In this document: positions 10,613 to 21,355 of the stretch, piece after piece
How positions within the stretch are numbered: the first letter of the stretch is position 1
Layout: every line of letters starts with the position of its first letter
NCBI GenBank assembly: GCA_019058245.1
Contig: JAHPZJ010000006.1
Coordinates: forward strand, 64,001 to 128,000
Reading direction: 5' to 3'
Source of the DNA: Promethearchaeota archaeon
GTDB taxonomy: Archaea > Asgardarchaeota > Lokiarchaeia > Sigyniarchaeales > SOKP01
DNA length: 64,000 bases
Program-made: the position numbers and the translations under genes
Notes under the pieces: model-generated
Databases searched by the model: none
What the model saw: only the letters and a program-made list of their open reading frames with translations
What the model was told of the DNA's origin: nothing

Positions 10613-10786
10613 ATTCTTTTTTTAAATAATAATTAGTAAGATTAAACGATAATAGTGGTTTTTATTAATCTTCTAATCTAATATTAGAAATTTCAATAAA
10701 ATTAGAGAGAACTAAATAAGGTTTAATAAAATTGCTGATTTATTATTTAAATAACTTCTAATATTAATGGAAAGGATTGATTTAAT

Positions 10787-12115
10787 TTGAATAAAAAATT
10801 AACTGAAATACGTAATCTCTTAATGGAACATCATGATTGGTTCCAAAAGTCCATCCCCCTTATTGCTTCTGAAAATATCACTAGTCCAGCTGTAGATGAG
10901 GCATGTGCTAGTGATTTCTCGCATCGATATGCAGAAGGATGGAGTGGACAGAGAGTCTATGCAGGATGTAAGTATATAGACCAAATTGAGGATATTTGTA
11001 TGGATCTCACAAAAGAATATTTTAAGTGTATTCATGCTGATGTTAGGCCAGTATCGGGAGTTGTAGCGAATTTAGCTATGTATAATGCATTTACTTCGGA
11101 TAATAATGGTAAGATGTGTTGTATGGCTATCGTTCGGGGAGGACATATCTCACATGGTCCTCGTTTTGCTAAAAGTGGAAATGAAATTTTTGGTACAGCG
11201 GGAACAACAAGAGGAATAAATGTTGAATACCTAGCATTTGATAATGATGAAATGAATCTTGATATTGACGGATCTGCTAAAATTATTAGAGAATTTGAGC
11301 CAGAATTAGTTTTATTTGGTGGTTCAGTATTTTTATTTCCACACCCCGTTAAAGAACTTAGTGAAGTTGCAAAAGAAGTTGGTGCAAATGTTGGGTATGA
11401 TGGAGCACATGTAGCTGGTTTAATTGGTTCTGGATACTTCCAAGATCCCTTGAGAGAAGGTGCGGATGTAATGACTATGAGTACACATAAAACTCTTCCA
11501 GGACCTCAACATGGTATCCTAGTCTCAAATAGAGAGGATTTAATTGAAACTCTAAAAGCTTGCGCTTTTCCAGCCTTGTTATCTAATCATCATTTGCATA
11601 ATGTTGCGGGATTGGCTATAGCCTTAGCAGAAATGTTAGAATTTGGAAAGGATTATCATAAAAAAGTAATTGAAAATGCTCAAGCACTTGGACAGGCTTT
11701 ATCAGATATAGGAATAAAAGTATTGATGGAACATAAAAATTTTACAGAATCTCATCAAATAGTTGTTGATATTACCGATTTTGAGAAGACTATAGGATTA
11801 GGGGGAGATATTGAGAAATTATTAGAAGAAGCAAATATTATATTAAATCGTAATCTTTTACCATATGATATTGCCCAAGGTAGACATTATCAAAATCCCG
11901 GAGGTTTGAGAATAGGAACTTCTGAAATTACTCGGCTTGGAATGGGTAAAAGTGAAATGGTTGATATCGCTGAATTTTTTAAAAAACTATTAGTTGAGAT
12001 GAATGATCCAAAAAAAATAAAAAATGAGGTAATAGAGTTTCGAAAAGATTTCCAAGAGATAAAATATTGTTTTCAATCTCCAAGTAAAGCTTATGAATAT
12101 TTGAAGTTTTATTAA
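10787..12115 (+). CDS. glyA: Serine hydroxymethyltransferase (archaeal type)
   Basis: LIASEN, YAEG, GGHISH, DGAHVAGLI, STHKTLPGPQHG, GLRIGT. Confidence 0.97.
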   Translation: MNKKLTEIRNLLMEHHDWFQKSIPLIASENITSPAVDEACASDFSHRYAEGWSGQRVYAGCKYIDQIEDICMDLTKEYFKCIHADVRPVSGVVANLAMYNAFTSDNNGKMCCMAIVRGGHISHGPRFAKSGNEIFGTAGTTRGINVEYLAFDNDEMNLDIDGSAKIIREFEPELVLFGGSVFLFPHPVKELSEVAKEVGANVGYDGAHVAGLIGSGYFQDPLREGADVMTMSTHKTLPGPQHGILVSNREDLIETLKACAFPALLSNHHLHNVAGLAIALAEMLEFGKDYHKKVIENAQALGQALSDIGIKVLMEHKNFTESHQIVVDITDFEKTIGLGGDIEKLLEEANIILNRNLLPYDIAQGRHYQNPGGLRIGTSEITRLGMGKSEMVDIAEFFKKLLVEMNDPKKIKNEVIEFRKDFQEIKYCFQSPSKAYEYLKFY

Positions 12116-12196
12116 CAATATTTACCATTATTTTTTCTTTAGAATAATAAAACTTATCTTAAACAATTCATTTAAGACTTATTATAATTTTGTATA

Positions 12197-13039
12197 ATGA
12201 AAGTCATGAGTCTTGAAATTCTTGAAAAAAGTGATACCAAACTCGTTTTTGTGGTAGATGGGATTTCTATTGAAATGGTAAATGCTATTCGCAGAATTAT
12301 TATTTCTGAGATCCCTGTAATGGCAATAGATGAGGTTATCATTCTTAAAAACGATAGTCCTTTATATGATGAAATAATTGCTCATCGTTTAGGGTTAATT
12401 CCATTAACGACTGATTTAGATGTATATAAGCTTCCACGTGATTGCGAATGTGGTGGTTACGGATGCCCTCTTTGCCAAGTCTCTTTAACATGTGAAGTAA
12501 CTAATACATCAAATACCACAATGGAGATTTATTCTGCTAATCTAAGTTCTAATGATCCAAAAATAGTTCCTGTTAATCCAAATATTCCATTAGTCAAAAT
12601 TGATAAGAATGATAAAGTAATAATTGAAGCTTATGCTGTATTAGGTTTAGCAAAAGATCATGTAAAATACCAAGCAGTTTCAAATATTTTCTATAGATTT
12701 TATCCAGAAATAGAATTTGATAGTACTAAATGTACTAAATGTCCAGATAAGTGTTTAGTATCAAGAATGTGTCCTGAAAAATTATATGATTTTTCAAATA
12801 AAAAAACTCCAATTTTAATAGAAGATTATTGGAAAAAATGTACGTTATGTAATTTTTGCCAAAATGAATGTCCAGAGAAGGCAATAAAGGTAAGATGGAA
12901 AGAAAATACTTATATTTTTTCTATTGAGAGTGACGGAGTTCTTTCTTTTGAAGCTATTATAAAGAAAACATTTGAGATTTTCTTAGAAAAAATTGATGAA
13001 TTTATTGAAAATCTAGGAGAAATTGAGATAGAATCATAA
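12197..13039 (+). CDS. rpoD: RNA polymerase subunit Rpo3 (D) with Zn-type and Fe-S-type Cys clusters
   Basis: NAIRRIIISEIP, NDSPLYDEIIAHRLGLIP, CECGGYGCPLC, CTLCNFCQNECP, FSIESDG. Confidence 0.95.
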   Translation: MKVMSLEILEKSDTKLVFVVDGISIEMVNAIRRIIISEIPVMAIDEVIILKNDSPLYDEIIAHRLGLIPLTTDLDVYKLPRDCECGGYGCPLCQVSLTCEVTNTSNTTMEIYSANLSSNDPKIVPVNPNIPLVKIDKNDKVIIEAYAVLGLAKDHVKYQAVSNIFYRFYPEIEFDSTKCTKCPDKCLVSRMCPEKLYDFSNKKTPILIEDYWKKCTLCNFCQNECPEKAIKVRWKENTYIFSIESDGVLSFEAIIKKTFEIFLEKIDEFIENLGEIEIES

Positions 13040-13103
13040 ATTATCAAAAAATTATTAAAATATTATAAATTTCAGATATCAGATTTATTGGTGATTATAA
13101 CTA

Positions 13104-13460
13104 ATGTCCCATAAAATTACTGGCCCGTCGAATTATTATATGAGAAAGCTGATCAGAGATTTGTGGAAGACTAAGATAAAAATTTGGAAGAAGTTATCCA
13201 AAAAGTTAAGTGGTCCAAGAAAGAACAGAGTTAAAGCAAACTTATATCGTATTAACAAGAAAACAAGCAAAGATGATGTAATCGTCATCCCTGGGAAAGT
13301 TTTAGGAATGGGAGAGTTAGATCATACTCTTACAATTGCATGTTTAGAATACTCAAAATCAGCGAAAAAGAAGATTGAATCATCTGGGAGTAAACTGCTG
13401 ACAATTGAAGAATTAATAGAAAATAATCCTAAGGGGAGTGGAGTAAAAGTTTTTTATTAG
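13104..13460 (+). CDS. rpl18e: 50S ribosomal protein L18e
   Basis: VIVIPGKVLGMG, SKSAKKKI, NPKGSGV; position in the rpoD cluster. Confidence 0.95.
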   Translation: MSHKITGPSNYYMRKLIRDLWKTKIKIWKKLSKKLSGPRKNRVKANLYRINKKTSKDDVIVIPGKVLGMGELDHTLTIACLEYSKSAKKKIESSGSKLLTIEELIENNPKGSGVKVFY

Positions 13461-13475
13461 ATCTATTAAAAACTT

Positions 13476-13967
13476 ATGAGTAGTGAATATTCTATGGTTA
13501 TCGAATATAAATTATATGACGCAACAGATAAAATCTTAGGTAGATTTTGTTCAATAATTGCAAAAAAGGCTTTATTAGGGGAATATATAATAGTAATTAA
13601 TGCGAAGAATGCAATTATAAGCGGAAATAAAAGAAACATACATGAAAAGTATTTAGCACGATTAAATGTTACAACAGCAACTAATCCACGTAGAGGTCCC
13701 TTTCATGAAAGAAGACCAGATACTTTTATGAGAAGAGTTATAAAACAAATGTTACCACGAAAGAAACTACGAGGAAAAGAAGCTCTTAAAAGAGTTCATA
13801 TTTTTATCTCAGGTATTCCTGAAAGGTTTAAAGGAAAGTATCAAATTATTGTAACAAAAGATATAAATAATGTAGATAAAAGACGACTTTCATATTTTAA
13901 CAAATTTATTACCTTAGAAAATTTATGTCAACGTATTGGTTGGAAAAAAACTGAGATTGAGGCTTAA
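13476..13967 (+). CDS. rpl13: 50S ribosomal protein L13
   Basis: DATDKILGR, AKKALLGE, GPFHERRPD, MLPRKKLRGKEALKR. Confidence 0.95.
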   Translation: MSSEYSMVIEYKLYDATDKILGRFCSIIAKKALLGEYIIVINAKNAIISGNKRNIHEKYLARLNVTTATNPRRGPFHERRPDTFMRRVIKQMLPRKKLRGKEALKRVHIFISGIPERFKGKYQIIVTKDINNVDKRRLSYFNKFITLENLCQRIGWKKTEIEA

Positions 13968-13969
13968 AA

Positions 13970-14380
13970 ATGTCAATGAAAGTAATTCAAGCATCAGGAA
14001 AAAGGAAAGCCGCAATTGCGAGGGCAGTGTTAAAACATCCTGCAAAGGGTCAAATAAAAATAAATAATATACCCTTGAAATTATATGAACCTGAAATTGC
14101 TCGATTAAGGATTCAAGAGGTACTTGAAATTATCAATCATCCAAAAATTGAGAAATGTGATATCAATGTAAGAGTTAAAGGCGGCGGGATAATGGGAAGA
14201 ACTGATGCTGTTAGAATGGCAATTGCTAAATCAATAAATAAATTTATTGGAACAAAAACCATTGAAAGAAGTTTTAGAGAATATGATGATTCTCTTCTAA
14301 GTGGTGATTCAAGACGTACAGAACCTAAGAAATTTGGAGGGAAAAAAGCCAGATCTCGACGTCAAAAATCATTTAGATAA
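13970..14380 (+). CDS. rps9: 30S ribosomal protein S9
   Basis: SGKRKAAIARA, VKGGG, RRTEPKKFGGKKARSRRQKSFR. Confidence 0.96.
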   Translation: MSMKVIQASGKRKAAIARAVLKHPAKGQIKINNIPLKLYEPEIARLRIQEVLEIINHPKIEKCDINVRVKGGGIMGRTDAVRMAIAKSINKFIGTKTIERSFREYDDSLLSGDSRRTEPKKFGGKKARSRRQKSFR

Positions 14381-14397
14381 TTAATTAAAAAAAAAGA

Positions 14398-15714
14398 CTA
14401 AAAACTTTCTAATTGAGCACCTAATTTCATGAGATCTTCATAAAAAGAGGGATAAGAATCATACACAATTTCACTATTATGAATTTGTGAAAATGAATCC
14501 GCATATAATGCCGCTATGCTACATGCCATAGCAATTCTATGATCATTATTATGATTTATAATTGTTCCCTTTAATTTATTACAATGAAATATTGTAAGTT
14601 TATCATCTTCTTCTATGACTTTCACACCCATCTTATGTAATTCTCGAGCCATCGCATAAATCCTGTCAGTTTCTTTTAAACGTAAATGAGAAGCATTATA
14701 GAGTGTAGTTTTCCCCTCCGCAAAAGCACCAATAATAGCTAAGATTGGAAATAAATCAGGAACATCAGTACAATCAATTTCAGTCCCTTTAAGAGGATAT
14801 TTAATAGAATCTCCAATAATTATTATCCGATCTTCATCTTCTTCAATTTTTATATTAGCACCCATCTTTCTTAAAATTTCAATAATTTTTTTATCTCCTT
14901 GAAAATTCTTTATATTCAGGTTATTAATAATTATTGAGGAGGATTTTTTAGATAACACTGTTGCAGCAAAAATAAATGCTGCTGAAGAAAAATCTCCCGG
15001 AATTGCATAGGATTGTGATCTATAAGTTTGATCATTTGTAATGTAAAATTTCCCACTCTCAAAATTAGCTTGAATATTGATTCCAAATGTTTCCAAAACA
15101 TCTAAAGTGATATCAATATAAGGTTTAGACACTAATGGGGTTGTAAGTTCAATTTCTATATAATCGCTACTAAAACAATTTAATCGTGGGCATAAGATTA
15201 ACAACGCACTTATGAATTGTGAACTTACATCACCCCGAATTTTAATTTTATTACAAATTATTTTCTTGCGTCTGATTTTAAGCTTAGAACTTGATAACTT
15301 GAAATGAGCTCCTAGTTGTTTGAGTGCTTCGAGGAGTGGAAGAATAGGTCGTTCGAGTTCAAAAAAATCTCCCTTTAATATCAACCCATTTTCATATAAT
15401 AAACTCAAAGCACTTAAAATTCTTATAGTTGTTCCTGAGTTTTTGCAATCTAGTACTTTTTTATAGGATTTGAAAGAATCTTTGGCAGCTTTAACAATAA
15501 AAGTGTTATCATTTTTTTTAAGGATTTTTACTCCAAGAGATTTTAAAACATTCATTGTAATCTTAACATCTCCACTAGTTAATGGATTTTTGATTATGGA
15601 AATACCATCAGCAAGGCTGGCTGCGATAAATGCTCTATGTGAATAACTTTTAGATGGTTGTGCTATTATTTCACCATTCAAACTGTTTGATAGTGGATAT
15701 ATTTTAAGATTCAT
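14398..15714 (-). CDS. aroA: 3-phosphoshikimate 1-carboxyvinyltransferase (EPSP synthase)
   Basis: SKSYSHRA, NSGTTIR, SSQFISALL, PGDFSSA, LRLKETDRI, DHRIAM. Confidence 0.96.
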   Translation of the reverse strand: MNLKIYPLSNSLNGEIIAQPSKSYSHRAFIAASLADGISIIKNPLTSGDVKITMNVLKSLGVKILKKNDNTFIVKAAKDSFKSYKKVLDCKNSGTTIRILSALSLLYENGLILKGDFFELERPILPLLEALKQLGAHFKLSSSKLKIRRKKIICNKIKIRGDVSSQFISALLILCPRLNCFSSDYIEIELTTPLVSKPYIDITLDVLETFGINIQANFESGKFYITNDQTYRSQSYAIPGDFSSAAFIFAATVLSKKSSSIIINNLNIKNFQGDKKIIEILRKMGANIKIEEDEDRIIIIGDSIKYPLKGTEIDCTDVPDLFPILAIIGAFAEGKTTLYNASHLRLKETDRIYAMARELHKMGVKVIEEDDKLTIFHCNKLKGTIINHNNDHRIAMACSIAALYADSFSQIHNSEIVYDSYPSFYEDLMKLGAQLESF

Positions 15715-15802
15715 TATTTAATAAATAGAAAGTTATAGATATAATATTAATTAAATAATCTTGCAATATTAGTATTTATAATCCTTTAAGAGTCTGAAAA
15801 AA

Positions 15803-16909
15803 ATGGATAATTCATTTGGTACTATTTTTAAAATAACCTCCTTTGGAGAAAGTCATGGAAATTTAATTGGAATTATATTAGATGGTGTTCCTGCAGGATT
15901 AGATTTTGATTCAAATTTCATTCAAGAAGAAATTAATAGAAGAAAACCAGGTCAATCATCAATAACATCACCTCGCACTGAGGAGGATCATGTTAAAGTA
16001 TTATCAGGTATCTTTAATAATAAAACCACAGGAGCACCAGTTTGTTTAATAATTGAAAATAAGGATATTGATTCCTCAAAATATGAACAATATAAGGATT
16101 TTTTACGCCCTTCCCATGTAGATTACTCTACATTACGAAAATATGGTGGATTTTCTGATTATAGAGGATCGGGAAGATTTTCTGGGAGAATTACAGCAGG
16201 ATTTGTTATGGCTGGGGCTATCGCAAAACAAATATTAAAAAAATATAACATTATGATATTTGCTTATACAAAAAGTATTGGAAATGTTATTGATGAAGAG
16301 AATTTTCCGATAAATGAATTAGAAAAATTAATTGATCTAAGAGAACAATCTTCTGTGAGAGCAATAAATTTGAATAAATCACAGATAATGGAAAAATTAA
16401 TTCATGAAGTTAAAAAACAAAAAGATTCTATTGGAGGTACAATAAAATGTATTGTCTTATCTTTCCCAGAGGGTAAAGGAGGACCAATTTTTAATAGTAT
16501 CGAGTCAAATATAAGTAGAGCTATGTTTGCGATTCCTGGAATAAAGGGTATTGAATTTGGCGCTGGTTTTAAAGCATCCAAAATGAAAGGTTCTGAACAT
16601 AATGATCCTTGGATTGTGAAAGATTCAAAAATTCAGACAACAAAAAATGATGCTGGGGGAATAATAGGAGGAATATCTACAGGGATGCCAATTGAGTTTA
16701 CAGTTGCAGTCAAACCTACTTCCTCAATAGGAGTTCCCCAAAAAACAGTAAATATCAAGAGAATGGAAAATGTAGAATTTGAATATTCTGGTCGTCATGA
16801 TCCATGTTTAGTACCAAGGATTGTACCAGTTGTAGAAGCTATGACAGCAAATGTTTTATTGGATTGTCTATTAATTGAGAATTATATCCCTAGGGTATTT
16901 AAAAAGTAA
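15803..16909 (+). CDS. aroC: Chorismate synthase
   Basis: FGESHG, RRKPGQ, RPSHVD, GRFSGR, KPTSSI, GRHDPC. Confidence 0.97.
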   Translation: MDNSFGTIFKITSFGESHGNLIGIILDGVPAGLDFDSNFIQEEINRRKPGQSSITSPRTEEDHVKVLSGIFNNKTTGAPVCLIIENKDIDSSKYEQYKDFLRPSHVDYSTLRKYGGFSDYRGSGRFSGRITAGFVMAGAIAKQILKKYNIMIFAYTKSIGNVIDEENFPINELEKLIDLREQSSVRAINLNKSQIMEKLIHEVKKQKDSIGGTIKCIVLSFPEGKGGPIFNSIESNISRAMFAIPGIKGIEFGAGFKASKMKGSEHNDPWIVKDSKIQTTKNDAGGIIGGISTGMPIEFTVAVKPTSSIGVPQKTVNIKRMENVEFEYSGRHDPCLVPRIVPVVEAMTANVLLDCLLIENYIPRVFKK

Positions 16910-17003
16910 AATTTAATATGTACATTATTAATAAAAATTTTTTAGATGTAATTGCAAATTTAAAAAAAATTTATGTTAATTATAAAATAATCATTAAAAT
17001 ATC

Positions 17004-17228
17004 ATGTCCTCAATAGATCAAGAGAAATTTATAGAAGATGTTATAAGAATAATAGATAGATGGTCTTTTGAACAATGTGCTTATTGCGAAAATGGAACCC
17101 TAGTTTCAATTGATGGGATGCTTGATTTTAAATGCTCTAAATGTGGAAGGCCTATGAATCCCGTTGAATATTTAGGACAAATTTCCAAAATTGTTTTTAA
17201 TTATAGAGAAAAATCATCTGAACTTTAA
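17004..17228 (+). CDS. Small Zn-ribbon protein
   Basis: CAYC...CSKCG in a 74-aa ORF. Confidence 0.65.
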   Translation: MSSIDQEKFIEDVIRIIDRWSFEQCAYCENGTLVSIDGMLDFKCSKCGRPMNPVEYLGQISKIVFNYREKSSEL

Positions 17229-17635
17229 AAATGTGCATTATATTGGATAATAGCACGTTAAAATTAAGATTATCTTTATTAATTTAGTTTTTATTCTTTC
17301 TTGAGATCCATTATTCTAATATTTACCTTAGATTCGTAATTAAGATTTATCTCCAAGTATATCTGAGTATTGTGGCGCAGATCCAAATTTATTTTAGATT
17401 TACTTCGAATTATTAAGAATACTTAGTATTTATTATCCATTAACAAATAACAAAGATTATCTTGGATATCATTCAATGATTTTTTTTGCTAATGAATCTC
17501 AAATATAAAGTATCTGGTTTAAAATGGGAACCTTCACGTAAATTCAGTAGTTCCTCGAATATTTTGCTACAAATAAAAATATAGATAATTTATTATAATT
17601 AATAACACAAAATAACATATAGTTAAAACCAAAAT

Positions 17636-17881
17636 TTGGATAATCTAATTAGAATGGATAAAAAAATCGATACCTCTGACCAATTTATTGAATTTTATAA
17701 AAAAAAAGGAGATTATTTAGTATCTCTTTCAGAAAATCATTTTAAGAATATAGAATATCGTAAATGTCTTGAATTATTAAATCAAGCTTATGCAATGTAT
17801 ATGAAAGGGTATTATACAGATCTCGCTGAAAAAACAAAGCAAAAATTCTTAGAGATTAAAGAAAAATACTTTCCAAAATGA
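17636..17881 (+). CDS. Small helical (TPR-like hairpin) hypothetical protein; may start at ATG 17654
   Basis: YRKCLELLNQAYAMY...LAEK pattern. Confidence 0.55.
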   Translation: MDNLIRMDKKIDTSDQFIEFYKKKGDYLVSLSENHFKNIEYRKCLELLNQAYAMYMKGYYTDLAEKTKQKFLEIKEKYFPK

Positions 17882-17892
17882 AAAGTTTAAAC

Positions 17893-18381
17893 TTATTCTA
17901 AAAATCTGTCTAGTTTTTCTTCAATATCTTCAATATGGGAACCTTGCCAATATACTTTTTTACATTGAAGATTGGAACATTGATAGAATTCATTGTAATT
18001 ATTATATGTATCCTGTAATACATAATCTTTTATAGAAGATTTAGATACAACTCTTTTTAGTGGTGAATTGCAAACTGAACAACGTGCTTTTTTTATGTTG
18101 AATTTAAAATTCAAACCAATTTCTTTATTAAGGTAATGAAGATAATTGTATATTCCTTCTCCACTTAGGAAAATTACATTATCCTTATTTTGATTATATA
18201 AGGGGTAATCTTTTGTAATAATAATCCGGTTGTTTTTATTTGCAAAATCTACTAATTTTTCATCAGGAACTGGATCTATTTTAAAATAATCTATTAATTC
18301 ATTAGCATAGATTGTATCATATCCAAAAATTCTCAGGAAACGAGTTAATTTACCTAACATTGCATCAACTAAAAACTTCAT
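17893..18381 (-). CDS. Mut7-C RNase (PIN-like) domain protein
   Basis: KFLVDAMLGKLTRFLRIFGYDT, RCSVCN, CKKVYWQGSH. Confidence 0.92.
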   Translation of the reverse strand: MKFLVDAMLGKLTRFLRIFGYDTIYANELIDYFKIDPVPDEKLVDFANKNNRIIITKDYPLYNQNKDNVIFLSGEGIYNYLHYLNKEIGLNFKFNIKKARCSVCNSPLKRVVSKSSIKDYVLQDTYNNYNEFYQCSNLQCKKVYWQGSHIEDIEEKLDRFLE

Positions 18382-18555
18382 ATTGACTAGCTTGAGCTTT
18401 TTTGAGTTTTTCTAGACCATATATATTTAGAAAATAATTTTTTTTGATTAATAATAATTAAGATACATAATAGTATATTTAACAATTGTAAGATTATAAT
18501 ATAATTGAAATATAATCAAAAAAAAGTGATTTAAATCAAAATAGAAGCTAAAGAG

Positions 18556-19068
18556 TTGATGGAAAAAGCAGTAAGATTCCATGGTCATATCTGCCCTGGT
18601 TTAACTATAGGTGTGTCGGTTGCTAAGTATGTTTTAGAACATGGATATGAGTATTCTCCTAATGAAGAGTTGGTAGCTGTTGTTGAAAATGATAATTGTA
18701 GTGTTGATGCTCTTCAATCAATATTAGGAACAACATATGGAAAAGGAAATCTTATTCATCAAGATTATGGTAAAAATAATTATAGTTTTTATGATAGAAG
18801 AACCGAGAAAAGCGTAAGATTATCTATTAGAAGAAATGCTTTTGGTGATAAAAAGTTAACGAGAGACGAGAGGGTTCAATTCTTATTAAAATCAAATCCA
18901 GAAAAGGTCTTTAATATAGAAGAAATTGATTATAATCCCCCAGATTTAGCTCAAATTGAAGAGTCTGTACAATGCGAGATCTGTGGAGAACTTACTATGA
19001 GTAGTCGACTTATGGTATATAACAATTCTGAGATTTGTATTCCTTGTTACAAAAAAATGAGAAAATAA
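18556..19068 (+). CDS. FmdE/FwdE family protein with C-terminal Zn finger
   Basis: FHGHICPGL, ENDNCSVDALQ, TYGKGNL, CEICGE...CIPC. Confidence 0.9.
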   Translation: MMEKAVRFHGHICPGLTIGVSVAKYVLEHGYEYSPNEELVAVVENDNCSVDALQSILGTTYGKGNLIHQDYGKNNYSFYDRRTEKSVRLSIRRNAFGDKKLTRDERVQFLLKSNPEKVFNIEEIDYNPPDLAQIEESVQCEICGELTMSSRLMVYNNSEICIPCYKKMRK

Positions 19069-19182
19069 CAAAAAAATGAATAATAATAATTTTGTTTTTT
19101 TATTTGAATTGAATTTCACTATACAAGATTTCTTAATAGGTTAATTTTTGTTAATTTTGAATAATTAGTTAAATGAAATAAA

Positions 19183-19947
19183 ATGGATAATAAAATCCCT
19201 AGAATAATGGATGGAGTAGGTCCCTTCTTTTTTGAAGGGAATAAAATAGGGATTATAATGGTTCATGGGGGAGGAGGAGGAACATGTGCAGATTTAAAAC
19301 CTCTAGCGGAAGATCTAAATAGAAATGGGGGATATACGATCAGTATTCCATTACTCCCTGGCTTTGGTACCAAACCAGAAGATTTAAAAGAAATTACTAT
19401 TGAAGAATGGAAATCAGCTTCAGAAAAAGAATTGCATAAATTAATGATTAACTGCGACAGAATTATCGCAGGGGGTCATTCTATGGGGGGGCTTTTGACT
19501 TTGATTTTAGCAAGCCATTATAGTTTTGATGGTATTTTTACTATTAGCACTCCGGCAGGATTTCAATCTTTTCTAATCTATTTGGTACCTTTCTTTAATA
19601 TATTTTTAAAATATTATAAAGTAAATTCTGAACAATTTAAAAAAGATACAAAGGGAAAATGGGTTGGATATGATAAAATTCCTTTAAATATTGGTTTAAA
19701 AGTAAAGAAATTATTGAAGGAGATGAAGAAATCTTTAAATATGATAAATTGTCCTATACTATTATTTCAAGGAAGATTAGATACTGTAATAAAAAAAAAT
19801 AGTATGGACTATATCTTTAGTAAAGTAGCTTCAAACACCAAAAAGAAAATTTGGTTAGAACATAATTCGCATCCAATATTAAATAGTCCAGATCATAGCC
19901 AAATTGTTTCAGAAATTCATAATTTCATCAGCAAAATTTGTCCTTAA
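19183..19947 (+). CDS. Carboxylesterase (alpha/beta hydrolase)
   Basis: PFFFEG, GHSMGG nucleophile motif, QGRLD, SH. Confidence 0.9.
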   Translation: MDNKIPRIMDGVGPFFFEGNKIGIIMVHGGGGGTCADLKPLAEDLNRNGGYTISIPLLPGFGTKPEDLKEITIEEWKSASEKELHKLMINCDRIIAGGHSMGGLLTLILASHYSFDGIFTISTPAGFQSFLIYLVPFFNIFLKYYKVNSEQFKKDTKGKWVGYDKIPLNIGLKVKKLLKEMKKSLNMINCPILLFQGRLDTVIKKNSMDYIFSKVASNTKKKIWLEHNSHPILNSPDHSQIVSEIHNFISKICP

Positions 19948-20036
19948 ATTATATATTTATACTTTAATTACTTAAAATATCGAAGAATAGATTAAACAAC
20001 ATATTTGAATTAATTTAAATATAAGAGGAAACACTT

Positions 20037-21260
20037 ATGATTAAGAATATAGAAAAGGGGCATACTTTATTAGTAATAGGGCCAGCACGAATAACACTAT
20101 TAGAAGGTAAAATCGATGTCTTCGGAAAGATTTTTCTCCCCGAAAAAGAAAAATCATCTCCAGAATTAAATGATGAAAGTGTTTTAATAGTTCCTAGTGC
20201 TCAAAGTTATCCAATCTTTTCTATTGACGATTCAAAATTAGAAGTGTATACTAATTTTAAGGAAAATCTTATAGAAATTGAAGAAAATTCAATTTCCCCT
20301 AAATGGATTGAAATTAAAGATGCAATCATAAAAGATATGACTCAAAATCCTAATATTCCTTTAAAGATAATGGTTTTAGGAATCAGTAGTGGAAAAACTA
20401 CATTTATTAAATATCTCGCAAACAATCTACATAAAGTCGGATTGAAGGGAGGGTATCTAGATTCTGATTTAGGGCAACAGATTATATATATTCCCACAAC
20501 AATAAATATAGGAACCATTAATGATTATATTGTATCAAGTGAAGATGTTAACTCTGAAAAAACAGTATTTATTGGTGCTACCTTTCCTAAGGGTAATAAT
20601 AAGTTTATTATATCAATTTCATGTAGAGATTTAATAAATAATTTTATTAGAAAGAATAAAGATATTCAGTTTGTATTAATTGATACAGATGGATGGATAA
20701 AAACGGAAGCAGGGATTATATATAAAAATTTTTTTATTAAAACAATAGACCCAGACATTTTAATTGTGTTTCATAATGAAACTGTTGAGGAATTAGAAGA
20801 AATTGAAAAAACTTATTCAAGCTTAAGAAAAGATAGGAAAATGTTTATAATTAAGGAGGAAAATAAATATTATCATGAAAAAAATAAGGACGAGAGGAGA
20901 TTCTTACGTCAAAGTCAGTTTTCTAAGAAATTTGAGGAGTTTAGAAAAATTTCGATCCCTTTAAATGATATGGTATTTATAAAGAAAGATTATAATAAAG
21001 AAAAAGATGAAATTGTCGAGATGGAAATTAAAATTAATGACCTTCTAAATCTTCCTTATCATTATGTAATAATCGGTTTGATGACTGAATCTTCTGAATT
21101 AATAGAAATAGGTCTTCTTTTTACTATTAACCCCGAAAAAAATTATATCTTATTATACTCAGATTTAACTTATAAGGAACAAATAAAAATAAAAAAGATT
21201 TTTCTAGGTTCCCTCAGATTATCCACAAAAGGAAATCATCAAGGATATCTATATCTTTAA
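20037..21260 (+). CDS. Clp1/Grc3/Nol9 family polynucleotide 5'-OH kinase
   Basis: GPARITLLEG, SSGKTT, DSDLGQ, PTTI, IDTDGW, ERRFLRQ. Confidence 0.88.
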   Translation: MIKNIEKGHTLLVIGPARITLLEGKIDVFGKIFLPEKEKSSPELNDESVLIVPSAQSYPIFSIDDSKLEVYTNFKENLIEIEENSISPKWIEIKDAIIKDMTQNPNIPLKIMVLGISSGKTTFIKYLANNLHKVGLKGGYLDSDLGQQIIYIPTTINIGTINDYIVSSEDVNSEKTVFIGATFPKGNNKFIISISCRDLINNFIRKNKDIQFVLIDTDGWIKTEAGIIYKNFFIKTIDPDILIVFHNETVEELEEIEKTYSSLRKDRKMFIIKEENKYYHEKNKDERRFLRQSQFSKKFEEFRKISIPLNDMVFIKKDYNKEKDEIVEMEIKINDLLNLPYHYVIIGLMTESSELIEIGLLFTINPEKNYILLYSDLTYKEQIKIKKIFLGSLRLSTKGNHQGYLYL

Positions 21261-21355
21261 CATAAAATTTTTATGAATCTAAATTATATTTTCAAAAATT
21301 ATTTTTATGCTATTAAGACTAATTTTTTTAAATTGAAGCATAATTATAATAATCT

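Noticed and set aside
17270-17570. Possible decayed gene on the minus strand (protein-like frame with several stops)
   Set aside because: No recognisable family; cannot be distinguished from intergenic sequence without a search
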